In this document: in pieces, positions 52,201-57,173 of the stretch
Position numbering within the stretch: position 1 is the stretch's first letter
Layout of the letters: every line of letters starts with the position of its first letter
Translations under genes and position numbers: made by a program
Notes under the pieces: model-generated
Told to the model about the DNA's origin: nothing
What the model saw: the letters and a program-made list of their open reading frames with translations, nothing else
The model's database searches: none
From: a virus
Taxonomy: Duplodnaviria; Caudoviricetes
IMG/VR virus record: IMGVR_UViG_3300025141_012428
Location: 1-64,000 of that record
Direction: 5' to 3' (one strand)
DNA: 64,000 bases

Positions 52201-54596
52201 ATACTCGGCTTTACATGATTGACTTCACTCATTCATTAAGGGCTAATTATAAAGACCCAATAAAAAGAGGCGGTATATCAAAAGTTGTCTTAACTAATAG
52301 AGGAGAAAACTATAGAACAGAGCCAACTATAACGATACCTGCGCCCACTGAAGATGGGGGGACTCAGGCTGCGGCATCTGCCGTCATAGAGTCGGGTAAG
52401 GTAAAGCATATCGAGGTTGCAAATTCTGGGTCTGGGTATTCTGAACTAAGCTCTAAGACTAAGCAGTTAAGAAAAAGAATAGAAACCTCTCGAGCTTCTT
52501 CTATCCCTGTTCTACATCATACCTTAGAAATAATAAGCAATACAGAAAGAAGCTTGTCTTTCTCTAGCCCACTAGAGGCTTTTAAGGCTCAGTCTGGCTT
52601 AGAGATAATAGACGTTATAGTTACTAATAATGAGTCCTCGCTGCCTAAAGAAGTACAAGAAGAGTTTGGCTTGACTCTTAAGCAAACAGAAAAAATACAA
52701 GACTATATTAAAGACGAAAACAATGGACTCAGAAAGAGTAGGGATTATCCTAAAGTCGACTTAATTAAAGGGACGCCAGATAGTGATGATTGGGGTTTCA
52801 TACAGGACATTGCAGACAATATACAGAAAAGAGCTAACTTTGCCTCGGAGATGCTTTCTCAAGTAAAAGAAGCCCAATCTTATGGTAGCGATTTTTTTGA
52901 GGAGGACTCCCTAGGTACGGAAAACGAGTTCGTACAAGGCTTGCATCAGGAACATTCCAGCGATGCAAATCTTACTGAAAACGTAAGTAGTAAAATTCAA
53001 TTTGACGGCTCTGGCAACGCAGTTATATACGAGACTTTTCCAAGTGTTTCCTCTGCTTCTGCGCTTGCAATTGCAAACAATTCTTCTGTTGCTGACTACA
53101 GAGTAATAAATAATAAGGAGGCAGCTAAAGCTACCCCTTGGCTTAGTTCTTTTTCTAGATCCGATAATCCTGCTTTACCTAAGTCCTTTGGCATAGGGCC
53201 GGGGTCCGAAGTCTCTTCTGAAGTGTTTAATAGTTACGCAAGGGCCGTGAATTACCTAACTAAAATAAGAGTAGAGGCTCCTATATACGCAAAGGTAAGA
53301 AGATACAGACAAGTGCAATGGAGGTATATATCTAATCCAAATATGGCTGGGCTGACTTTTTCTGGCCTATCCGACTCAGGTGCGAGTGACTTTCGATATG
53401 GAGACTTAGAAAACACCTTTGACTACTATACTCATGAGGACGCTATATCCAAAGTTAACTTTATTACTTATATAGACCCAACTGATTCTAAGCTTAAGGT
53501 AGCTCATTTTTCTGGGTTTACCGGTGACGGGGTCGAGAATAGAAAGTACCCTAATAAAGATAGCGAAAATCCTGCAAATATTAATAGCTTCGATGGTGCT
53601 CCGGTCAACGCTAGCACAATATGGGACATATTTGAGGAATCAATGACCAAAGAAGGCGAGCTGAGGGGTTATGAAGAGTCTGGCAATAAACATCCCAAAA
53701 ATATAGGCTTGCCCAATATAGTAAATATACCTGAAGAAATGGGTGTGCACTGTAATCCCCACGTAAAGGTAGGCGGGAGAATGCTTAAAGAGGAAGGGGT
53801 GCCACTACCTACACCTGTTAATAAAATAGCTTTTGCCTATGGTGGAGATTTAGTCTACTCTTCTCCTGTGTATGATGTATCAGATGACACGTGGCCGGTG
53901 CGCGAGAGGCACACAAAATCATCGGGAGAGATAAGCTACGAACGGTTTGGCGAGGTAGAGGGAAGTTCTCTTGTCGATATAAGAGGTTCGGAAGAATATA
54001 TAAAAGCTGCTTACGAAAATCAGATAGTATTTGGCTGTCAGACTAATGGAAAACCTTTTTGGTCGGCATTTCTTAGGACTGTTAAGGTTTGGACAGAGTA
54101 TGAGATTGTATCTTCGCCAGAATTTATGGAGAGTTTGCCGGAGGGTATAAGAGATAGATACAGGCCAGAGGAATCTAAGCTTAGATGCGAACTGTTCTTA
54201 AAAAGAGTTACCTGTTCTAATGGCGTAATAGGTAAAGTTGATAAAGCTTCTGGCTATCATAATATATGCAGCGATGGGGCGAAGAGTTTTAACAGAACTC
54301 ACAGCTACGAAGAAACTTTTAATTTATCTGATGGAGATAATGTCATTGGGCCGAAGGTTTCAATAGATGAGACGTCTTCTTTAGTTCAGGCTAAAGCTAA
54401 GGATACTTTTGTTATTGAGCCTGAGTTTGATCTGAGTCTTGCTATATACTCTGCTAATGAAAGCATAAAGGCTATCAGGGCTGGTTTTCATCATCCTAAT
54501 GACTACATTGGGCCTTGTATCCATTATTGTATGCCGGGGCAAGTTAAGTACCTAAAGGTCTCTAATGACCCTTTAATATTCGATATGAGCAAATGA
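37293..54596 (+). CDS. Giant acidic virion protein (5767 aa) with a LamG-like domain and a G-x-G-Y beta-repeat
   Basis: 17.3-kb open frame. LamG-like segment at about 40341-40820 (FSLEFFLK..HIAI..LFVDG..ISHLRFY). ISKVVLTNRGENY..P..AASAVIESGKVKHIEVANSGSGY at about 52270-52440 is typical of phage baseplate and tail proteins. Confidence 0.7.
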   Translation: MAKVNQSNLNFIKDVFGYGDDDIHQNYPEYNYRLRLAGFTEYNPYISEYPQLEDESDEHYNARKLTSGKYFGEQEILIDNVLWSNETVNGLKVNSQFFDGKIPKTLLFLEECKLVSEEQEDGTFVDMYEVKSKSLNEQNKVKSHEPLVTFQVDLPESTKDDDKNGYLVFRKKDVVTKIDPSVPLGDDSNSLLPISSGWEQITGFSSVDIKGLVDDAGEDITDRIKAAAFIDNNTFYDEETDTSSYSGYEPFTNETETRYKVIDSGLYHSPTKDNELTQNRVIDLNLTSQGASYFANGEEASGQADKTYTLERKVSRESNTEDFPAKWEVIEHNATFPYTDRDDLSDYKTTNVNFRVSGIYSTVETTGDNASEGENYFEVDLFPDWGKSNSQTSVTNRQETADLVFRSGEFLKVIQRSTKKITSTNPHVYDQYNSIDVHFSPYSTGQSGCLTGVGNETGFYELEYQLVPQKNTAEKLYYETGEGLDVGDRVYLNTGSSTEGIESDVFGGLPAVLSDQANLTESTDPNTFSEDGLASYFIDLGNHIRPESVPENAYSGFGYSYFNSGEEYLVVPKGGYNTVGSEVYTTHYSAGETTKTFFQGEQTDDINANYALTEYRTFDDNPLTEEEFLHKNERGVRISEKSICLGDSSTDLKDYFSPHPSFILDQDRRQYETYNTFTNASILNIDSENGEVDIANLKTNKKEFLNGVNLFFEKNYVASLTVLATGQKQDINSLASFMEKEKKYYIERDIYIDSDVYSQANSISPTFTSSESSDNRNPFSVSAATPNPFSMGEEKHYLTQVYHEDHSAFPYNDYDYYNSQPEILEEYTYLNRKDSIISDFSVNNITEARSYYPNKYESAIFSTSHKALPEEGYSILMNTGAHSVWPNGIDVGNYASNKADISFTGLNPGAYYEVQNRASAASDWKTVSPAVLATTEGEKITEKDVVDLESDSQANYRILEWFPSAVMLNYEGISVPSETPDSLILQSTASSNRVYDISKQEHSITNSSVTSSVNHELVFGGGSSLTILPHRSLDIQKGEFSLEFFLKSLNGDGTIFERQGAIKVYIDTNLKVDFNGETVINYEIGSIGATAKHIAICKHVVNRNRDYGTVSTISLFVDGERVFKDKEISYSDYSFISTKDLVIGSGLNATISHLRFYSGKSIYKDVDKFDIPTPPFTSESSPRKYKILKLNYNRIKGNSKWIINKNTFDNTNPPWDYQSTDVVESDETTKHSYEWFSEASNNQDNTKSRAMVNYLQRYAYRAPNNPHINKNYDGTPIEIEENKAIDLNSKVFPETYHYRVRRGGSDGARFTAPAPYYYEYKGDNEIFKIRNSRKGGEDNATIPSYSQKHGSFKNGSRLRVTKYVYRLYTKHAVVVGDSGYKNSRSSQQGWNYQLQYKVTGEDWKDVDSTESYQDYIVFMNEDGTYDPNSFENTDHSFVLPTLINKTSITEKYTPDQIKFRIEKRQNLTISNAGTEVDVFKKLNPLPIEVNIPVGGALLDLTQKAASDTDSKQEGYSTFDNATDLLTVNLDSTQNYILQKDVDEKILLSSDISDELKVRSIERNDFILDKRYSETEADLQDKFSDGDSAYSVLEDGRSYTINGLDKLFIYKDGASSKESYKSIVGVEPSGIELYRKEKSYKTSNSVGTAETISGLDPSQTKYFFTPDITSSHFDELQGMTDDALVDFTAKSFVTGNNEETVSTGISNIAFEPIHKFRTDIMTGKFTVDANDNGKTFLCSGANASGIISHGGDYSFDVFNISDNAIELFKTEADSFNSPVHTLSPTGGMEFSYKDSSLTSGPSTGVITPLPSIVSFDDNYYEGEDGEPEVFLIDGISGLDLSAGNLSSKSLLVNISDRDCAVAGASLGSMSGMLFDSDASRSNLVDSGVIVVDHDQIVLTSDDSGLTGVINTDSTLVLPSGFSDAEHVTFLNSKNEEARVISASGYGINEGAGTEAKSVYYIPKNEAVKFTLDGDNLNSNIKWSASSVDVVKYNQLEVLSSISDNKVFVHDEDVDVLVASNFSGKTFSVVRSQIDDIDFSDLRSQKTPILRVFVGDRLMYSAKPGVLGVKVTESGGVFDFEDIDVISKNIISIAPSSHGRVFCLSGSGEEVNFLFSNDIYAGNFEFFLITNKARFDLGMNFESQGNVYKFNDQEEGGEFSETVTGMDATVMVRVSKTKKEDGKEVAGEKRFFIEVVGQKGKGRRSSNVYKSSQEENFKEEILINRSRGLDIELPTLDSSYAQNEPYNVLYINASETSSNINYPVEAVSSDEGTYKDEQYSFSTKLHYYKNQEDSVSPYDNFTSTDIYKSPDSNRIKNGDVAIIDGSLASINLKSFLNPAFKIVNRFTEDTVAENLVRQISCGADNTLTLPNHGLVTNQRINFSCDRLTNADYFWKGTKEELETASNTIDGTALVDGDTVITVEGGNYFIYSYSQTVLNTQQESFVSPESDEMDITDEGAQITDVNKFFFRVNKGSNVTDVEAGQIFDFADDDITYADRLNDDADGSIASILSLSLNVDSDDGFNKTQTYFVEVVDENSFKLYSNRNSVEPSLSIASADFDANKYFLSDTFYVTDEECSRADIINLGDQDEPLKNFEENQNIFGDSPKVDLEKVVDLFGHSNGTYTSGDLAQSGVHFATGYNGAADGLNISSLSSSRHIVSYDKFHTRSSDLSDHNNDYFINSDLEAVEINGTTELNKNRAYKYSSSTFNVQDPSLSTSDIIYYPKNEIHIPNRKSLTRDQADKKFGYNFVFIKPDVHNEDLLIVLPSESWAGKLESVAVVNMHNRPITVVDFDRTVTQVVNANSAAFINNENFDTVAQHAIVSNSANGYSFSDSSVLEDGVFTVAHGGKKTEKYYAFHEGIFVLDYSTQHDKTIFVESNITFSFPYLYSPDGATNYVSSETYQPAGDDNNFKFELINISTKRKNELYFEKEIYPKAVYDVSVENFDTGSGFDADALKTFLVNGANQSKADKTNHAQTNLDSDFDYHVFGKEIKLDLSVYYRAITLDEAKRANFLLNPQTPIDLDESTYYRIVGVGGENNSTLTIANNIYENIKINSVTLVGDGLSEEEVSTELTYKQNLQNKILNYFADENLGQFVEAQELEDGQTTTIITTAITSNYLNKDKVLRLSVGDITLMDQIKDFHVSRIFDNQGNIFNSDSEIRYIDIDRESDIIHLKRENVYFDLGVSGDKYFRYVLTNPANVYLPSRKELQSYPEDVHFLIANASWESCNVICPEGTGVIATQAVASSGAIKIKWEKASNSFSVVADAVTVTVLDKTIFSCDYGAFLAYQPNTSSYPVKIHKDAGEIKIINNTASTFYVKNFNASKSINGSTNSFPVSKFSHTDFEEYKEDFNISRKVRDTEFVRIKDSGSLNKSIYENGVVLFDAATIKSFSMTEQGFFATNFVPLIRTKEFEDFMEGGTMSYEFDLSRGSLFTLEYFVVNEAGTIKNINTYRPCSFTSDGKNANIEKECFLSEFILDSSINDKIIMTNREYDYVMKKTNNVAFSLFSRFDEGLGEGVKMFRLDDSGHKFEIDTDSDDNYRDLLKASDFEVTKRNIFSVNQAGETISFLNQQTYTDYIDEVDGTYEEEEGEAYLIKTFYANKDEYKGKIIVFNKPYLISNKDPGSDTVFINNSKLRCYIDEKYYNRHGFEAISDYLEKSEASYEGFYNIVNKPKYLLTDNTKINVLNHNADAEFSGEINGLKVVNASNATLKCDGKIIYSLEAATYNSSTDISYSMCPTAQRKDWFLKLEGIDIPHQERDLEYYNEREAEAERLTQKRGANTEYKGTRYRFSNIFNTNRYEPEKERSGYESIAELDSRYIYGVTLYGNKRGEEKKIEYDADFTDYALSGLKLSWDMPQDTIAYSMNTGHERLSYCKEFDERNGLVTLSGVDKDRIYVVEDFEETYYNFVYSAVRGAGTDAYPFYKYLSKPFDTENFGELRSVKFQPRIKYNGEWKKPGEKFIGVAGVTDYQVEYIYFTQLKASQFISAQEDLKLLEEAEKEDLKEYNEELLSKVDKNTAIGQSSGVVYPRWSKVPDEGVSESEFMLAKVEKKTTNGTNKELIQGRKLKDIQGSYAEKVIESDDGEEVIEGQGYFEFKIPYDSRFTHVFQAAGSPGIEEVEFANEGSDAYKTDGYYRFKVILENVEVVVGEETKSAVRNFPGYEYEIKSSFKVTNNTGKDLLTVSLKSEDSAPFVANDTIRSLNLDFNTDAGQEAIMTDSGTYHQGFAKRVAIAQGHAKKTLKNSIGHSFIPFNRYGHNFYGLSFVSTLNKKTYSSIRFRLKKLIDKKLFFEDLKEGQSDDSAQTTTYNNEKSPIATYLDRGTSGLKYNLDTEVNSISYHDVARPGGVLKMKYPDWEDVVISNDNLKINKELSNGDAIVFKNDSGSIKSGQPYFIRFATAWQEVSEEVSAEVEVLRIFTTDTSIDGSNKIAYDGGIENNRYKIVNYFDLSYVDENSHRSKTNLNRNVLKNMYFYGWNIKNYEDPDPITTLNYPLVVGGLRLFLEAPLTEVGDAYIDTWGGRGLSGDSLRFNLELSAISKSWHGEDINAGSFAALVGLDVEYIGDTESYPSSHWVNEDIFSSYKNVLYRTNTQIELVEINEAGVSKILIKLGKNKNYRYIYKSEPDKITKVTLNGSDISAGLAAEATTGGEVFNTNEDLVIEMNVSLAEWEDEKGDPAQPMYSLGSSNLSHASEVKKAIYENLCIVELAEYVDPNPSDDKSEDDVYKVEYFDYQIPSLNSDEVFGAEHSTLKDVFPSYDTEGFSPLLSYGEKANNLVDYNNNGFTASLMYDMGMPAICEYVYLDFVNKKLLSFSITNFWDGFEHKFEGPGQIYRVQPIDFKYMLQKSTDGNTWTDIKEKIQKRSNFAISVDEELDSTNKFRMKIISVTIQYKREDTSIAVYDTVSLDKLRVPFKWTSAIKGSDLEDGVYDASSGLYMHTISMPENYKIGKSVSFPKDGFTRFGEFNYVKGGIPYTRLYMIDFTHSLRANYKDPIKRGGISKVVLTNRGENYRTEPTITIPAPTEDGGTQAAASAVIESGKVKHIEVANSGSGYSELSSKTKQLRKRIETSRASSIPVLHHTLEIISNTERSLSFSSPLEAFKAQSGLEIIDVIVTNNESSLPKEVQEEFGLTLKQTEKIQDYIKDENNGLRKSRDYPKVDLIKGTPDSDDWGFIQDIADNIQKRANFASEMLSQVKEAQSYGSDFFEEDSLGTENEFVQGLHQEHSSDANLTENVSSKIQFDGSGNAVIYETFPSVSSASALAIANNSSVADYRVINNKEAAKATPWLSSFSRSDNPALPKSFGIGPGSEVSSEVFNSYARAVNYLTKIRVEAPIYAKVRRYRQVQWRYISNPNMAGLTFSGLSDSGASDFRYGDLENTFDYYTHEDAISKVNFITYIDPTDSKLKVAHFSGFTGDGVENRKYPNKDSENPANINSFDGAPVNASTIWDIFEESMTKEGELRGYEESGNKHPKNIGLPNIVNIPEEMGVHCNPHVKVGGRMLKEEGVPLPTPVNKIAFAYGGDLVYSSPVYDVSDDTWPVRERHTKSSGEISYERFGEVEGSSLVDIRGSEEYIKAAYENQIVFGCQTNGKPFWSAFLRTVKVWTEYEIVSSPEFMESLPEGIRDRYRPEESKLRCELFLKRVTCSNGVIGKVDKASGYHNICSDGAKSFNRTHSYEETFNLSDGDNVIGPKVSIDETSSLVQAKAKDTFVIEPEFDLSLAIYSANESIKAIRAGFHHPNDYIGPCIHYCMPGQVKYLKVSNDPLIFDMSK

Positions 54597-54949
54597 ACAA
54601 GTACGAAATAAACAAGTCTAAATATTATGAGCCTGTAAATGTTGATAGAAGCGGGTTCACTAATAGAAGTAGGTCTATTAAAAATTTAAAAAAAGAAGAG
54701 CCGAAAAAGAAGTTGCCGAGTAAAGCGAAAATGGTAGCTAATCTAGCAAAGAGCCTTGCTAAAAATACTAAAGCTGCGTTATCTGGTGACGACTTAGTAG
54801 CAGATACAGAGGTAAAAAACAGGAGAATGGACCTATGCAGGGCTTGCGCGTGGTTTATAAAAGACGGCCAGAGGTGCGGTAAGTGTGGCTGTGTAGTGCC
54901 CCTGAAGGCCTATCTAGCTCAGGAGAGCTGTCCTATAGGGAAATGGTAA
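54593..54949 (+). CDS. Small Cys-cluster protein (DUF6171-like)
   Basis: C-terminal R..CRAC...C.KCGC...K......CP.GKW pattern. Confidence 0.6.
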   Translation: MNKYEINKSKYYEPVNVDRSGFTNRSRSIKNLKKEEPKKKLPSKAKMVANLAKSLAKNTKAALSGDDLVADTEVKNRRMDLCRACAWFIKDGQRCGKCGCVVPLKAYLAQESCPIGKW

Positions 54950-55009
54950 ACTGTCGCCTTGGATGAATAAAATACGTCTAGCGTACTATAAATCTAAAAG
55001 ACATACAGT
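54950..55009 (-). ncRNA. Dual-guide structured RNA unit 4
   Basis: Minus strand: actgt-a-tgtctt [TTA GATTTAT] agtacg-ctaga-cgtatt [TTA TTCATCC] aaggcg-acagt. The stems need three G-U pairs, so they fold only on the minus strand. Confidence 0.75.
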
Positions 55010-55017
55010 CTCCACTT

Positions 55018-55752
55018 TTAAATCTTTTTTAGTCTAGCTATAAGCTCAAAGGTTTTGGTTTTTGGTATATCCTTGGCCGATTGGAACGAGTCTGCTTTAG
55101 GAAAATCCTCGTCTAACAAGCGGGTCTTGACCATGTCAAAAGATACTCCTTTGGTGTCCATCACTTTTTGTAAGAGAGATGTCGGGTCCGAGTCTGTTTT
55201 AGGGGAGGAGGGCTTTGTTGAGCTCTGAGAGAAGGCTTGTTTGCCTCCCCCCATTTCTTCTTGCCCTACGATATTAACCTTAAGGAAGTTCCTAACACAC
55301 CTTACAAAGGCTCTGTTTTCAGCTGTGGCCGCAAGAAAATTAGAAGCGAAGCTATAAGTATTATCTTGGTGAGCGTCAGCTAAGGCGGAAAAGATTACTG
55401 ATTTATTGTCTGTCTCGTAGTTAGGAGACCAGCTTATAATGCAGCTCGTAGCAAAATACTCTTGGCTGGCTGCTACTACTTCGTAAGAAACAGAATTAAA
55501 GCCTCTGATTTGAGCAAGCTCTTTGATTCCCCCAAGTAGAATCAATAAATCTCTATCTTCTAGGAGAGATACGTCTGTTTCGTTTGTTTTTTGCTTATTG
55601 GGGACCAAATATTCTTTTCTGACCATTTTTCTCCAGTCTACTGAGCCGTCTTCATTAAAGACATAGTCTATAGGTGGGTTCTCTAGGAGGCCACTTGTAT
55701 TTCTGGAGAGCTTTTCGGCGTTAATCTCAACTTCTTTAGCTTTGTCGGTCAT
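55018..55752 (-). CDS. Putative single-strand annealing protein (Rad52/Sak-like), 244 aa
   Basis: The helix AATAENRAFVRCVRNFL.V..VGQEEM after a beta-sheet resembles Rad52-superfamily annealases. A low-complexity linker and small C-terminal domain follow. Confidence 0.4.
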   Translation of the reverse strand: MTDKAKEVEINAEKLSRNTSGLLENPPIDYVFNEDGSVDWRKMVRKEYLVPNKQKTNETDVSLLEDRDLLILLGGIKELAQIRGFNSVSYEVVAASQEYFATSCIISWSPNYETDNKSVIFSALADAHQDNTYSFASNFLAATAENRAFVRCVRNFLKVNIVGQEEMGGGKQAFSQSSTKPSSPKTDSDPTSLLQKVMDTKGVSFDMVKTRLLDEDFPKADSFQSAKDIPKTKTFELIARLKKI

Positions 55753-55758
55753 ATTATG

Positions 55759-55787
55759 ATGATAACACTAACTTAAGGTTATGTCAA
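55759..55787 (-). promoter_or_regulatory. sigma70-type promoter, leaderless
   Basis: TTGACA-17 bp-(TG.)TATCAT-6 nt-ATG(55752). Confidence 0.85.
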
Positions 55788-55789
55788 AC

Positions 55790-55819
55790 AAAAAAGCCGC
55801 CCCAAATAAGAGGGGCGAC
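55790..55819 (-). terminator. Rho-independent terminator
   Basis: GTCGCCCC-tcttattt-GGGGCGGC then TTTTTT. It ends the transcript carrying the RuvC-like gene and RNA units 3 and 3b. Confidence 0.85.
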
Positions 55820-55827
55820 TCGTTGTT

Positions 55828-55851
55828 GCCTGCTGTCGATTTAAAACAGGC
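55828..55851 (-). ncRNA. Single-guide hairpin (half unit 3b)
   Basis: gcctgtt [TTA AATCGAC] agcaggc: a 7-bp stem closing one UUA+7-nt loop. Confidence 0.6.
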
Positions 55852-55856
55852 GAAGA

Positions 55857-55905
55857 CTTAGTGGTGCTCTAAAATGCGCCGAGCGCATTAACAAGTTAAA
55901 CTAAG
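55857..55905 (-). ncRNA. Dual-guide structured RNA unit 3
   Basis: cttagt [TTA ACTTGTT] aatgcgc-tcg-gcgcatt [TTA GAGCACC] actaag, starting immediately after the stop codon of the RuvC-like gene. Confidence 0.8.
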
Positions 55906-57063
55906 CTAGAGTAGCTCGGGGTTGTCTCCGGCTGCTATTTGTCGAAAAATATTAAAGGCTTCTCTTAGAGCGTTTCTGTATTGCTTCCTGTATTTAGAGA
56001 AGGCTTCTTGGTGTTCTTTATACTTTTCGTCAGCAAACATTTCGCCTACTCGTATCTTTCTGGCCTCTGCCCCTTTTTCAACAATACCGTCCTCGGCCAT
56101 TTTTCTTGATATAAAAAAACGTTCTCCGTGGTACATTAGATTACTTCGGGCGACTCCGCCTTTCAGGTGATTGGGGCTGAGGTTGAGGATGTACTTCTTG
56201 CAAAAGTTCCATGAGGGGAGTTTCTTCGTGCCTTCTCTGATATTTAAATTTTCTGACAGAACAAACTTGCCAGAGTCGTCTTTTACTATTTTTCCTTTTA
56301 AGATAGCAAGAAGAGGGTGAAGTAGGACTAGTTTTACTTTGCTTACGTTAAACTGGTCTTTCCTGTCTCCTACTTTGTACTTTGAATCCTCTGTTAGGCG
56401 AAATACGTCTTTAGCTTCCTCTGAGAAGGCGCTGGATAAATAGTCAAGGTTTTTGATTATAAACTTAGATAGCGCGTCTTGGTACCCATACCTTCTAGCG
56501 TGGTTCTCTACGTTTGTAACGTTACCTTTGAATGTGTATCCCTCTGTTCGTGCTTTGGTTGTTTCAAAGGACGAGTTTGGTAATCTCAGAGATACGTTTC
56601 TCAGTCTATCTTTTATAAATTTATAGATAGATACTGGGTCGTTTTCATCAGATTTTTCTAAGCCTGCGTACGTGGCCGCTTTTGGTGTGCTTTGCTGAGG
56701 AAAAAACCTGAGAATAATATCGTTATTCTCGCAGTCTTCATAAAACTTTCGTAGCTGTTCCTCAGTAAAGGGTTGCGACAAGGAGCTTGCATTAGTAGCA
56801 ACGCCTAGATGAGCATTTTCCCCTACCAAAAAATGCCCTTTATACTTAGGGTTTTTAGGTAGCGCAAGTAGCTCATTAAGGGTTATCCTAGAGGCTTTTT
56901 CTTTACCTGTTCCGTCGTAGACAGTAGCGTAATTTTTGCCGCAGTCTACTACGGTCATCTTGTTCTGCTCAATCCTGAATTGGCTTTCGTCAATCCAGTT
57001 CCTTTCTGCGTTTTTTGTCGAGTCGCTCATCTCGGATTTATTCTGACTATATGTAGTCTTCAT
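55906..57063 (-). CDS. IS110/TasR-like protein: DEDD RuvC-like domain plus Nop/Tnp20-like C-terminal domain; candidate RNA-guided nuclease or DNA binder
   Basis: VVD40CGK, LVGE82NA and FFP....KSD139END142P match the IS110 DEDD spacing (GiDvxK / vmEat / vnP..KtDxxDA). LPSWNFCKKYILNLSP..KGGVARSNL resembles the F.s...l..yaGL.P..G...lR..L segment without the SG loop. Confidence 0.7.
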   Translation of the reverse strand: MKTTYSQNKSEMSDSTKNAERNWIDESQFRIEQNKMTVVDCGKNYATVYDGTGKEKASRITLNELLALPKNPKYKGHFLVGENAHLGVATNASSLSQPFTEEQLRKFYEDCENNDIILRFFPQQSTPKAATYAGLEKSDENDPVSIYKFIKDRLRNVSLRLPNSSFETTKARTEGYTFKGNVTNVENHARRYGYQDALSKFIIKNLDYLSSAFSEEAKDVFRLTEDSKYKVGDRKDQFNVSKVKLVLLHPLLAILKGKIVKDDSGKFVLSENLNIREGTKKLPSWNFCKKYILNLSPNHLKGGVARSNLMYHGERFFISRKMAEDGIVEKGAEARKIRVGEMFADEKYKEHQEAFSKYRKQYRNALREAFNIFRQIAAGDNPELL

Positions 57064-57069
57064 TTCCGA

Positions 57070-57098
57070 ATGATATCATAGACTTGTTAGCTTGTCAA
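57070..57098 (-). promoter_or_regulatory. sigma70-type promoter, leaderless
   Basis: TTGACA-17 bp-(TG.)TATCAT-6 nt-ATG(57063). Confidence 0.85.
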
Positions 57099-57112
57099 CA
57101 CTTTTTTAAAAA

Positions 57113-57170
57113 AGCTTGTATTGAGTTGTTAAAATATATCCAGTATATTGAACGCCTAAAATACACAACT
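57113..57170 (-). ncRNA. Dual-guide structured RNA unit 2
   Basis: agtt-g-tgtatt [TTA GGCGTTC] aatata-ctgga-tatatt [TTA ACAACTC] aataca-agct, followed by a T run. Confidence 0.8.
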
Positions 57171-57173
57171 CTC

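Noticed and set aside
54961-54967. Guide complement GGATGAA also occurs near the 5' end of many 16S rRNAs (snoRNA-like targeting)
   Set aside because: A single 7-mer carries no significance, and the other guides give no consistent rRNA pattern that I can see.
57082-57089. Guide ACTTGTT(A) of unit 3 matches the spacer of the RuvC-like gene's own promoter
   Set aside because: Only one half matches. The adjacent bases do not fit the partner guide, and 7-8-mers occur often by chance.
55753-57173. A complete IS110 insertion sequence
   Set aside because: No element ends or catalytic-serine motif were recognised, and the RNA units extend across unrelated phage genes over 6 kb.
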